Positions 34,701 to 42,330 of a DNA stretch of 64,000 bases are shown piece by piece; the first letter of the stretch is position 1; every line of letters starts with the position of its first letter. The notes under the pieces are model-generated. The model made no database searches. It was not told where the DNA came from and saw only the letters and a list, made by a program, of their open reading frames with translations. The stretch lies in the IMG/VR virus record IMGVR_UViG_3300017963_000225, positions 27,635 through 91,634 of that record; one strand, written 5' to 3'. Both the position numbers and the translations under genes were made by a program. This stretch comes from a virus.

Positions 34701-36716
34701 GGCGGCCGAGCGCGGCGTGCTGTCAGTTCCCTCGTGCATGGCATAGTCGATGGCGTGTCCAAGCTCATGGATCATCGACTTGGAGTCGCTCGTGAAGTCG
34801 TGGATCTCCACCGACAGCTTGCCATGCCAGTAGGTGGCAGCCGCACGGGAGGCGCGCTTGCCCAGCCGGGCGTTCACCCGGAAGTGCAGCGGCCGGATGA
34901 AACGCACCCCCATGTGATCCATGATGATGTTGGTCTGCTTAATCATTTGCAGGATGCGGAAGCGCTGATCCTTGTTCGTCTTGGCCAGATCAACGCTACG
35001 GATCATGTTGGTGCGCGCCTGCACGGCGTCGTTGACCTCGGGCGGTATTTCGCCCGACAGCAGCGGGTAGTCCTTCTTGGTGCCCTCTCCCAGCTCGTAG
35101 CCGGCCTGGTGCGCGGAGTAGGCCAGCGCTTGGTGGCGCAGCGCGTACTCCTTCTTGAGCCGCAACATCGCCTTGCGGCGGCGCTCATGCTCCTGCAAGG
35201 ATGCGCCGCTTTCCGCCTGATCGCGCTCGAAGTGATCTCCGGCGCTCCTGGGCTGATCGTCGAGCCCGAAGGCGGCACGCACGTACCACTGATCCTTCTC
35301 GATGTGACGGATGACCGCCAGCATCTCGTCCACCCATTTTTTCTTGGGCATCAGGTGGGCGTTTACTTCGAGCTGGTTGTGCTTCAGCCACCACTTCTTG
35401 GCTTCCTTCGCCTCGGCCTCACTGCCGAACGAGCCGACCGTGTTTTTGCGGTCCCTGCCGATCGAAACCAAGTCGAAAATGCCAGGACGATCCTCGCCGC
35501 CGAGGCCGACGCCGCTATGGATTTCATACGTGCGCTCGCGCTCGGCCATGCCACCTCGCTTGAGGCCCTTGGCCCTCTTGTGGCCCTCGTGCTTCAAAAA
35601 CCCGTAATAGTTTTTGACGATGGTATGCACGGTGTCGGCGGTCTTCTGCCAGCCGCTCTTATGCCACTCGGGGTCGTCGAACACCTCGGCCCAATGCTCA
35701 TGGTGCTCATTTGGCTTGGTGTGCTCTGGGTGCTGGTCGTTGGCGTGCAGGTAGTCGGCCCAATCGGATGCTGCCCGCACAACTTCCTTTTGGATCTCTT
35801 TGAAATCCTCGCGCTTGGCGTGACCGTGGTCCTTGAGCGCCTTCACCGCTAGTTTCTTTACCGTCTCGCGATGCCAGTTGTGGTCATCGACCTTGACGTA
35901 AACCCCATCAGCCCAGGTGTGGCGCGTGCCGACCGGAACTTTCTTTGCTTTGAAGAGGAAGCGCACCGAGGCTTCTCCTTTCTTGAGGCTGCCTCGATGC
36001 TCCAGCTCGGCCTTGAGCGAAGCAAGCATAGCCTCGTGTGACTTAATGGCAAATTCGCTTTGCATGCCCTCGATCTTGGTGATCCGCTCCTTAATCGCCT
36101 GCTCGTCGAGGTGAGCATACTTGCGGCCGACGCCGCGCACGTCGAACAGCGTGCCGATCTCGATCTCAAAGTCTTCCTGGGCGTGCTTCTTGCCGTTGAG
36201 CGACTTGTCGTTGTATTTGCGGAAGCCGCCCATGTCGAGCAGCTTGAGGTTTCCATCGCCGTCGCGGGCAAATTGCAGCTTGTCCCACGGGTAATAGCCC
36301 TCCTTGCGGAAGATGCGCCACAGCTCGTCGCGCACCGCCTCGGGCTCGCCGCGCTTGAGGTCGCTCATTTCGATCGGCTTCAGGTGCTCACGCGCCAGAA
36401 ACAGCTTCTTGCCCTTGCGCCACGTCGCGTAGTGCTTCGGAATGAGCGAGCTGCCGGCAAGATCCTTGAGCGCGTTGTGCTCCAGCATGAGGTCGTCGCG
36501 GGCACCCTTGGGCGTTTTCTTCGGAGCGTGACGCGCCTGGAAAGGCGCCTGCTTGGACACCTTGACGGCCACGTCGCCGATCGGCTCGACCTTGGCGTGA
36601 AAGACATGCCCTTGATGGCCATGGCCGATGTACTTCCATTTGCCGTTGGCGATCTTCTGCCAGTCGCCATGCACAGTGCCGATCGGCACGGCCTTAGCTT
36701 TCAACAGAAACATCAT
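31800..36716 (-). CDS. Large polyvalent protein: kinase-like, zincin/LPD1-like and UvrD-like SF1 helicase domains
   Basis: Kinase: GHGHQGHV, VAVK, LLDMG. Peptidase: HELGHAIDY, YLNKPTEVFARAFE. Helicase: AKAGSGKT, VDEAQD, VGDPHQAIYGFRGA, SVHKAKGLE, YVAYTRA. Confidence 0.88.
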   Translation of the reverse strand: MMFLLKAKAVPIGTVHGDWQKIANGKWKYIGHGHQGHVFHAKVEPIGDVAVKVSKQAPFQARHAPKKTPKGARDDLMLEHNALKDLAGSSLIPKHYATWRKGKKLFLAREHLKPIEMSDLKRGEPEAVRDELWRIFRKEGYYPWDKLQFARDGDGNLKLLDMGGFRKYNDKSLNGKKHAQEDFEIEIGTLFDVRGVGRKYAHLDEQAIKERITKIEGMQSEFAIKSHEAMLASLKAELEHRGSLKKGEASVRFLFKAKKVPVGTRHTWADGVYVKVDDHNWHRETVKKLAVKALKDHGHAKREDFKEIQKEVVRAASDWADYLHANDQHPEHTKPNEHHEHWAEVFDDPEWHKSGWQKTADTVHTIVKNYYGFLKHEGHKRAKGLKRGGMAERERTYEIHSGVGLGGEDRPGIFDLVSIGRDRKNTVGSFGSEAEAKEAKKWWLKHNQLEVNAHLMPKKKWVDEMLAVIRHIEKDQWYVRAAFGLDDQPRSAGDHFERDQAESGASLQEHERRRKAMLRLKKEYALRHQALAYSAHQAGYELGEGTKKDYPLLSGEIPPEVNDAVQARTNMIRSVDLAKTNKDQRFRILQMIKQTNIIMDHMGVRFIRPLHFRVNARLGKRASRAAATYWHGKLSVEIHDFTSDSKSMIHELGHAIDYAMHEGTDSTPRSAAIASDPELKAKYKEMLELVRSTPYYQWSHKGKMMGQSFSAYLNKPTEVFARAFEVYGLVKAEELIAAGKIDKSYIDNFVPHALYYTKDDPKHADAPDWKYKERIAELMEYILKHDKIRKAVVARIGIKLVDPPAIEPRGGLVRFFFKARKAPVGTRRKWADGTYVKVDDHKWQKEHLPRLAEKTLEAGGYKKRKDYAAIKKEFTAGVKHWANHLHKKDIHPHSTSPDDHHEYFSEMFGDDDWKNSGWEKTAGKIHETVMRYHDLLHEQGKKRVEATAKPEPKKKAEPKKAKSKKEEISDELMEKIWHAHLELEPERTSRDGEASPREEQQNIAMAKRHLAKLMKQAGREVTFEEAVAWDDKRLDKKKQPDDLVTQALKAKAKRRQQEAGTVKQPAEKPPAPKKEPPKQEAPTMQPAVVLPPPSQEPEPKVPVDPEPKDAPGHEPKKPFKPSPYQQAIFDWIEKGSGNAMIDAKAGSGKTATIVRALDVIPRDKSIIFLAFNTSARDELLGRVPQWAVDQKAVRTLNALGFASWARFMGGYNRVKVEKGTKTSAILRDMLQGPEDKTYFGTVKSMVSKAKQMGLAPASLAAHGIKGLVPDTREQWENLIEHFSIEIDYPQTVEHAIRLSRLALEKSIMQKDVIDFDDQFYMPIIYNTPWAKYDFLFVDEAQDVSDIQREAIRRSTDTKTRVVAVGDPHQAIYGFRGANPESLDLIRKQFNAKVFELPISYRCGKKIIELAQTIVPGIKPRPDAQPGEIKDLGTKFKIEDFKQTDMIVCRNNAPLVSMAYKLLRERVPCKVMGRDIGLGMTSLIKKLKPKSLDDLGGKLVEWSKREINKLKLKDPDADTTAIEDKFETLSVFMAESQAKDVDGLVREIESMFKDDEGKKRDSILRLSSVHKAKGLEAPRVFILNHHLMPSSMAKKPWEIVQEKNLMYVAYTRAMDELVFIETAVGGKKLKKALGLDEED

Positions 36717-36973
36717 GACTCTTCGCTTTCATAATCCTGGAAAACCATCCTGCTTCCCTTCAGGTGATAAATTTTCCCGTCTTTATGAATGTAAATTTTT
36801 CCGCCAACATCCAAGGTCGCCGAAGGATGATCGCCGCCAACCATCCAGCGACCGCCCTCCTTGTGCGCGGTCGTCTCCGTCGATGTCCCATCTTTCCAGT
36901 AAATTTTCGCTCGATGCTTCCGAGGCTGCTTGTCTTTTGCGCCCTTCGTCCTCGACTTGAAAAAAAACTTCAT
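36713..36973 (-). CDS. Small basic putative cargo protein
   Basis: MKFFFKS tag then 'RTKGAKDKQPRKHR'; coupled overlaps on both sides. Confidence 0.7.
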   Translation of the reverse strand: MKFFFKSRTKGAKDKQPRKHRAKIYWKDGTSTETTAHKEGGRWMVGGDHPSATLDVGGKIYIHKDGKIYHLKGSRMVFQDYESEES

Positions 36974-38010
36974 AAAGACACCTTCCTGAGTGAGTTTTTA
37001 GACATGGCTTGCTTGACCGTCTCACGCACAGCGGCCCGCACGTTGCGCGACAGCGGCACAGTCGCCAGCACGTCCGAAGGCTCGCCGGGAATCAGCACCC
37101 ACCAATCGGTCATCTGCTTGAAGCCCATAAACTCGGTCAGGTATTTGATGCCCGCACCTGTAGGCCAAAAATCAGGCATGCCGAGCACAATAGGCATCAC
37201 TTCCAAAATTTTGGTGACGTATTCGTCGAAACTGCGGGCCTGACGAAAGCGCACCTCGCGCAGGTGCGGCACGTCAAGCGGCGAGCGGTCGTAGTAGCGC
37301 GCCCCGCGCACCTGGCCGGGGCTCAAGAGCTGGTAGAAGGGCTGGCTCACGCGGCCGTGTCCGTGACGCGCCAGCGTGTAGCCATCCTGCTCGTCAACGA
37401 CGACAAGCGGCATCGCCATCAGGACCGCACGTATTACGGCGCGTCCCGTGACGCTGCTCGCGTCTACCCAAGCGGCGCCGGTGCTTACCTCTGGGCGATA
37501 GTCCGTTCCCTCCATGACACGCCGCACCCATCCGAAGGGCAGCACGCGCTCGGCCTTGGTCAGCTCGGGCAGCTTGTCACTCATCCACACCCCACACTTG
37601 CAGTTAGGATGCAGAGCGCCTTGCATCCACGGCTTTACCTGCTTCACGCGCCAACGGCGCGGGCGACCAGGAGGTCCGAATATTTTGGCGCAAGAATCGC
37701 AACAATCCGACGTACTGCGATAGACGATGCCATTCGGCCCTACAGCCGACGCCAATAGCTCGAAGCTGCTTTTACCGCGAGCATTGGTGATCTCGGTGCG
37801 AAGCACTCGCCCCCAATCGCGCTTGTCGGTTTTGGTGCCGGCCTGGCGCTTGAGCTGCTTTTCGGCGCCAAAGGGCGTCAGGTCGCGTCGAATAGCGTCC
37901 GAAACGATGCGGCGCACGCTGGCCAGCCGTTTCTTACCGATCTTGGTGATGAGGCCGCCGCCCTCCTCCTCGGCTTCAAGGGCAGCCAGCTTGGTTGCTA
38001 TGGTCGGCAT
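36970..38010 (-). CDS. MuF / SPP1 gp7-like minor head protein with C-terminal extension
   Basis: 'RDWGRVLRTE', 'CDSC', 'LHPNCKC'; lies between portal and protease; LTKA site right after the MuF domain. Confidence 0.8.
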   Translation of the reverse strand: MPTIATKLAALEAEEEGGGLITKIGKKRLASVRRIVSDAIRRDLTPFGAEKQLKRQAGTKTDKRDWGRVLRTEITNARGKSSFELLASAVGPNGIVYRSTSDCCDSCAKIFGPPGRPRRWRVKQVKPWMQGALHPNCKCGVWMSDKLPELTKAERVLPFGWVRRVMEGTDYRPEVSTGAAWVDASSVTGRAVIRAVLMAMPLVVVDEQDGYTLARHGHGRVSQPFYQLLSPGQVRGARYYDRSPLDVPHLREVRFRQARSFDEYVTKILEVMPIVLGMPDFWPTGAGIKYLTEFMGFKQMTDWWVLIPGEPSDVLATVPLSRNVRAAVRETVKQAMSKNSLRKVSL

Positions 38011-38013
38011 GAC

Positions 38014-41000
38014 TCACTCCTCATCGCCTTCGATATGATGGCGAACGCCATTATACCCGCGCTGGTTTTCCTGGAACATCGCCGCCGCTGAAAGAAGCAC
38101 CTTCTTTGTCTTGGCGCTTGCCTTCTCGCCTAGCTTTTTCTCAAGAGCCGGCCAGAAACTGTCGGCCTCCTTCGGATTTGCCACGTCGCCGTCGCCTAGG
38201 TGGTCGAGCTGGCGCGAGCCAAGGTGCTTCACCATGTCCTTCAGGTGCTCGCCCATGTGCTTTTTGATCTTGGCGTCGGACTTGATGCCGTGCGTGTTGA
38301 GGGCCGCCTCGACAGCCGACTCGTGGTCTTGGTCCTTGTGCGGAGTATGCGCCTTCCCTGAAGCCCAGCGATCCACCGTGTCGCGCATCGCCTTCTTGGT
38401 GCCATCTGTGAGCTTCTCTTTGTGCTTCTTCTCGTACTCGTTGACATACGAGCTGAAGAGAGCGTCAGTCACCTTCTTGCCCTTGCCCTTCGCTGCCTCG
38501 TGACGCGAAGCAAGCTCGACAATGTGCGGCATGATGCTTCCTTCGATGCCACGATCAAAAAGCAGGTGGTGGTCCTTCTTTCCACGCGAGCGCAAGTGAT
38601 CGCGAAAGTGCCCAAGCAGGCCGTCTTTCTCAGAGTCCTCAACCGTGCCGCTGCCGACGACACCGCCAGCATACTGCTGATAGCCGGGCTGGCCGTGCAT
38701 GGCCTGCGCCTGCTCGCCACCGATCGGCGCGGCCGTCGATCGCTTGTACTGCGGATCGCCGTCCTCGCCGGTGTACTTCTTCGCGTATGCCTTCCCTTCC
38801 TCGTGCTGGAACTGAAGGATCTTCTGCCCCAGCTCGTGGTACTTCGGAAGGATTTCAGACTTGCGCATTCCCCTGATGTTTTCGAGGTTAAGCGTGATCG
38901 CCGTCTCGGTGTCGGTGTCGTCCATGTCCGAAACGATCATCATGTTCGTGTGAAGCTTCGCCATGAGGCGCACGTACTTCGTCACGTCCATCGTGTCGTC
39001 AACAAGGCCCAAGTGAATGTTGACGGGCTTGTCTTGGCCGAAACGCCAGATTCGCGCGTAAGACTGCTCCTGCGTGCCAGGCGAGTAGTGGTGATCGTAA
39101 CGGTACATGCCGTTGGCGATTTGCAGGTTGACGCCCTCCGTGACCGACTGATCGACGGCGACGATGATCTGCGGTCCCTTGGGGTCGTTCTGGAAGTCCT
39201 CAAGCTCCTTCTTGTGCGAGGCGTCGTAGTAAATCGCCTTGCTTTTCAGGTGCTCTGGCATGTGGTCGAGAACGTGCTGGGCGCTCATGCGGCGCTGGCA
39301 AAACACAATAAACTTGCCGTTCTTGGGGTCCTTGAAGTGCTCGTCGAGCTTCGCATAGAGGTCGGTCGCCTTGGGGCTGACCTTGCCCTTCAAGGCGCGG
39401 ATCGCCTTGCGCGTGTCGGGTGACAGCTTCGACAGAAGGTCGATCGCCTCCTGCTTCTCGGCCTCAAGCTCGGCCGCCGCGTCCCCTCTTAGCTCTGCCT
39501 TGATCGCCCGCGCAGCGGCACGAGTCCCGCCGAGGGTGGATATCGCTTTCTCGACCGTCTCGGCCAGTGTGTCGGGATGGTCCGTGATGCCCATAAGCAC
39601 GTTGAATTTGCTCATGAACGCCGGCTTCGCATCGCCTTCGCTGGGAAGGAAGTCCTCGCTCTCGTCCCCGACACCGCTCTCCTCCAAAATCTGGGAGATC
39701 ACGTCGTCGAGCGCCGTCTCGTACACGCCCTGCGTCGTCGCGTCGTGCTTGACTACGGACATATGCTCGTTGCGCTGCGGCAGCTTGTCGATCCATGCCG
39801 AGCGCCGGATGCTCACAAGCCCCATGCGCTGCAAATCTTCGCGCAGCTTCTTCAGGCCGTCGCGGGACCACTTCACCGACTTCGGCCCGCGCCCCTTGCC
39901 CTTGTTGCCCTTGCCGCCGCCTACCACCGCCCCGAAAGCCGCGTTGCCTTCCAAGCCCTTCGCGGCGCCGCCCTCGTGCCCATAGGCTTCCTTGAACTGC
40001 TTTTCGGTCCAGTTGACGTAGGGGTGCAGAAACTTGAGCTGGCCGATGGCATCGAGCGGGTTGTTGGAGATGAACGTGCCAGACGCCACGCGCTTGTACT
40101 TGATGCCGCTAAGGTGCTGCACCGCCTTGAATCGTGACGTTTCCGTCGTCTTGATCCGGTGCGACTCGTCGAGGGCAACGTAGTCGAAACCCGAGGCGCT
40201 CAGGCGCTTGGCGTTGGCGTAGTCGTCGGAGCCCTTGGGCTTGTAGGAGACAAAATCGTAGCCGGCCATGAAGATGGTGTTGGGTGGAGCCTCGTCCATC
40301 GCCTGCATCATGGCTTCCAGATCGCCCTTGAAGTCATCCTTGAGCGTCTTGGCGCTCATTTTGAACACGTTGACGCGACCCTCGGTGTACTTCTCGGCCG
40401 TCAGCTTGGCGTTCTGGTCGAGCGTGTTGGTCGGCACGACGATCAGCGGCTTCTTGATCTTGCCTTTCGCCATGAGGTTGAGGGCATCGGCCGGCAGGAT
40501 GAGCCCCTTGCCGCCGCCCATGTCCACGTCCACCATGGCGTTGGTCAGGCCGTCGAGCTTGGCGAGCGTCTCGGCTTGGTGCCCGAAAAACTTGATCGAC
40601 GACGAAAGAGCTGGGATATGCGGGCAGTCCTTAGGGCCAAGGTGTGCGACCTTTCCAGCCTCGTCAAAAATCCTCTTCACGTCCTCGATGGCGTGCTCGG
40701 AGTGCTCGCCCATCAGCTTGCCGAGCGCCTGCTCGTGCGTCCCGCGCATCTCTGGATCGGACGCCACATCGTCAAAGAAATCACGCAGCACCGGGTCCTT
40801 GTGCGTGTACGCCTGGGCATACGTCGTCACGTCGCCGTGTGTGTCGTTCAGGTGCTTGGCAATCTTAGACACATGGTTTTTGTATATCCAGAAATCGGCT
40901 CCCAACTCGTTACGAAACCTTGGCGTCGGCGATTCTTTCTCCGCTTCGAGAATCTCGTCGAGGAAGGCGTCGTAGTCTTTGATGCCCTTGGAGCGCTGCC

Positions 41001-41331
41001 AAATTTCCCGCGCGTGCTCGTCGGGCCGGTAAACGCCGTTCAAAAACCGCGACTTCTCATCGTGGTTCATTTCGCCTTTGTGCTTGAACACGTCAGGCGC
41101 AACGGCCTTGCCCTTTGTCCTCAACGACTGCCATCTCTTCGGCATCACCGTCGTCGATTTGTCGTCGGAGTGAATCACCTTGCCGGCGAACGTGCCTGGG
41201 TCCTTCTTCGCCTGATCGCGCTTGTCCTGGTGCTGGTCGATGTAAACCAGGCTGCCGTTGGGAAGATGGCGGTAGTGCGCCTTGACGGCGCGCGACTTGA
41301 TGAGCGCATTAGGTCCGAAATAAAGCCTCAT
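38014..41331 (-). CDS. SNF2-family helicase/ATPase, putative head cargo
   Basis: DMGGGKG, LIVVP, LDESH, SGTFISN, EGVNLQ, QSYARIWRFGQ; N-term 'LIKSRAVKAHYR..NG..VY...H'. Confidence 0.88.
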   Translation of the reverse strand: MRLYFGPNALIKSRAVKAHYRHLPNGSLVYIDQHQDKRDQAKKDPGTFAGKVIHSDDKSTTVMPKRWQSLRTKGKAVAPDVFKHKGEMNHDEKSRFLNGVYRPDEHAREIWQRSKGIKDYDAFLDEILEAEKESPTPRFRNELGADFWIYKNHVSKIAKHLNDTHGDVTTYAQAYTHKDPVLRDFFDDVASDPEMRGTHEQALGKLMGEHSEHAIEDVKRIFDEAGKVAHLGPKDCPHIPALSSSIKFFGHQAETLAKLDGLTNAMVDVDMGGGKGLILPADALNLMAKGKIKKPLIVVPTNTLDQNAKLTAEKYTEGRVNVFKMSAKTLKDDFKGDLEAMMQAMDEAPPNTIFMAGYDFVSYKPKGSDDYANAKRLSASGFDYVALDESHRIKTTETSRFKAVQHLSGIKYKRVASGTFISNNPLDAIGQLKFLHPYVNWTEKQFKEAYGHEGGAAKGLEGNAAFGAVVGGGKGNKGKGRGPKSVKWSRDGLKKLREDLQRMGLVSIRRSAWIDKLPQRNEHMSVVKHDATTQGVYETALDDVISQILEESGVGDESEDFLPSEGDAKPAFMSKFNVLMGITDHPDTLAETVEKAISTLGGTRAAARAIKAELRGDAAAELEAEKQEAIDLLSKLSPDTRKAIRALKGKVSPKATDLYAKLDEHFKDPKNGKFIVFCQRRMSAQHVLDHMPEHLKSKAIYYDASHKKELEDFQNDPKGPQIIVAVDQSVTEGVNLQIANGMYRYDHHYSPGTQEQSYARIWRFGQDKPVNIHLGLVDDTMDVTKYVRLMAKLHTNMMIVSDMDDTDTETAITLNLENIRGMRKSEILPKYHELGQKILQFQHEEGKAYAKKYTGEDGDPQYKRSTAAPIGGEQAQAMHGQPGYQQYAGGVVGSGTVEDSEKDGLLGHFRDHLRSRGKKDHHLLFDRGIEGSIMPHIVELASRHEAAKGKGKKVTDALFSSYVNEYEKKHKEKLTDGTKKAMRDTVDRWASGKAHTPHKDQDHESAVEAALNTHGIKSDAKIKKHMGEHLKDMVKHLGSRQLDHLGDGDVANPKEADSFWPALEKKLGEKASAKTKKVLLSAAAMFQENQRGYNGVRHHIEGDEE

Positions 41332-41639
41332 TTCGGCTCCTCCCGGCTGACGTGCAGCATTCCGTCGTCTCCGACATAAAACCAGCCAAGGTCGGTGGCC
41401 TCGTCAACAAGGCTCGTGTAGTCCCACTCGGGATGCGCGGCCTTCATCTTATGCATCACCCACTCGAAGGCTTTAAGCTCGTCGCCGCTCATCGGCCTGC
41501 GCGCCTGGCGCAGCTCGAAAGGATGCAAGTGGTAGTCGGTGATGCCGCCTTGCAGCTCGTCGTTCTCGTCGATCGGCTGACGCTGGCCGCTGCCGTCGTC
41601 GTCCTGCGATTTATGAAACCAGTTTAGAATGCTCATCAC
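41328..41639 (-). CDS. Small acidic protein with WFHKS N-terminus
   Basis: 103 aa, coupled overlaps. Confidence 0.65.
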   Translation of the reverse strand: MMSILNWFHKSQDDDGSGQRQPIDENDELQGGITDYHLHPFELRQARRPMSGDELKAFEWVMHKMKAAHPEWDYTSLVDEATDLGWFYVGDDGMLHVSREEPK

Positions 41640-42016
41640 GTCACCTCGATCGCGAGCGACTCAATTTGGTATGGCCACTTCAAGATGGTGTTGTCGGCAA
41701 ATCGAACTACGAAACGACCATAAAACATTCCTTTGTCGGCCGTGTCGTTTGGATGCCACTGATAGCGCACAACGCCAGCCACAGCATCAATCACCTCGAC
41801 CTGGCCGAAGACGCCCTTTTGATCGTGCGTGCGTGAGCAGGCGTTGAACAGCTCGAAGCTCACAACGGCGTCAGTAAGATCAACACCAGCGATAGCCGTG
41901 GTTTGGCAACCATAGGACTGTGACGGGAGCTGGACAGGCACCTGTCCCGTTGGCGTCAGCGTCACCTCAAGCGAGGGCTGCGTGGCGCCCTGCGGGATCA
42001 TGAAATTGGCGATCAT
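41636..42016 (-). CDS. BppU-N-like Ig-fold protein
   Basis: 'VDLTDAVVSF...GVVRYQWHPNDT..GMFYGRFVVRF'. Confidence 0.65.
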   Translation of the reverse strand: MIANFMIPQGATQPSLEVTLTPTGQVPVQLPSQSYGCQTTAIAGVDLTDAVVSFELFNACSRTHDQKGVFGQVEVIDAVAGVVRYQWHPNDTADKGMFYGRFVVRFADNTILKWPYQIESLAIEVT

Positions 42017-42330
42017 GCCGTCTCCTCCGAGATGCGCTTCACGTCCATCGCTACTGGCCCCTCGTGGTTTTTGCCGACGTAAAACTCCACCGCGTCCCCT
42101 TCGGCAAGCGACTTGAAGCCACGTTGAACAATAAATTTGAAATGCACGAAGAGGTCTTTGCCATTCAGCGCGCGCTGAAGCTCCAGGTCGTCGGGCTTGA
42201 TATATCCGAAGCCGCGCTGCGCGTTAAACCACTGGACGCGGCCTTTAAGCCTTCTTCTTGCGTTGAAGTGAGGCAATTCTCTGGACGAACTCGTCGTCTG
42301 ACTCATCTCTGCGCTGCGGTCCCCGTGCAT
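42013..42330 (-). CDS. Cold-shock domain protein
   Basis: 'GRVQWFNAQRGFGYI', 'DLFVHF', 'GFKSLAEGDAVEF'. Start uncertain; ATG 42330 has a GAGGAAG SD inside the portal gene. Confidence 0.85.
   Translation of the reverse strand: MHGDRSAEMSQTTSSSRELPHFNARRRLKGRVQWFNAQRGFGYIKPDDLELQRALNGKDLFVHFKFIVQRGFKSLAEGDAVEFYVGKNHEGPVAMDVKRISEETA

Noticed and set aside
42240-42260. Portal-CSD fusion by +1 frameshift at GCT TAA
   Set aside because: Re-pairing from GCT to CTT is not cognate, and an SD-equipped ATG exists at 42330.
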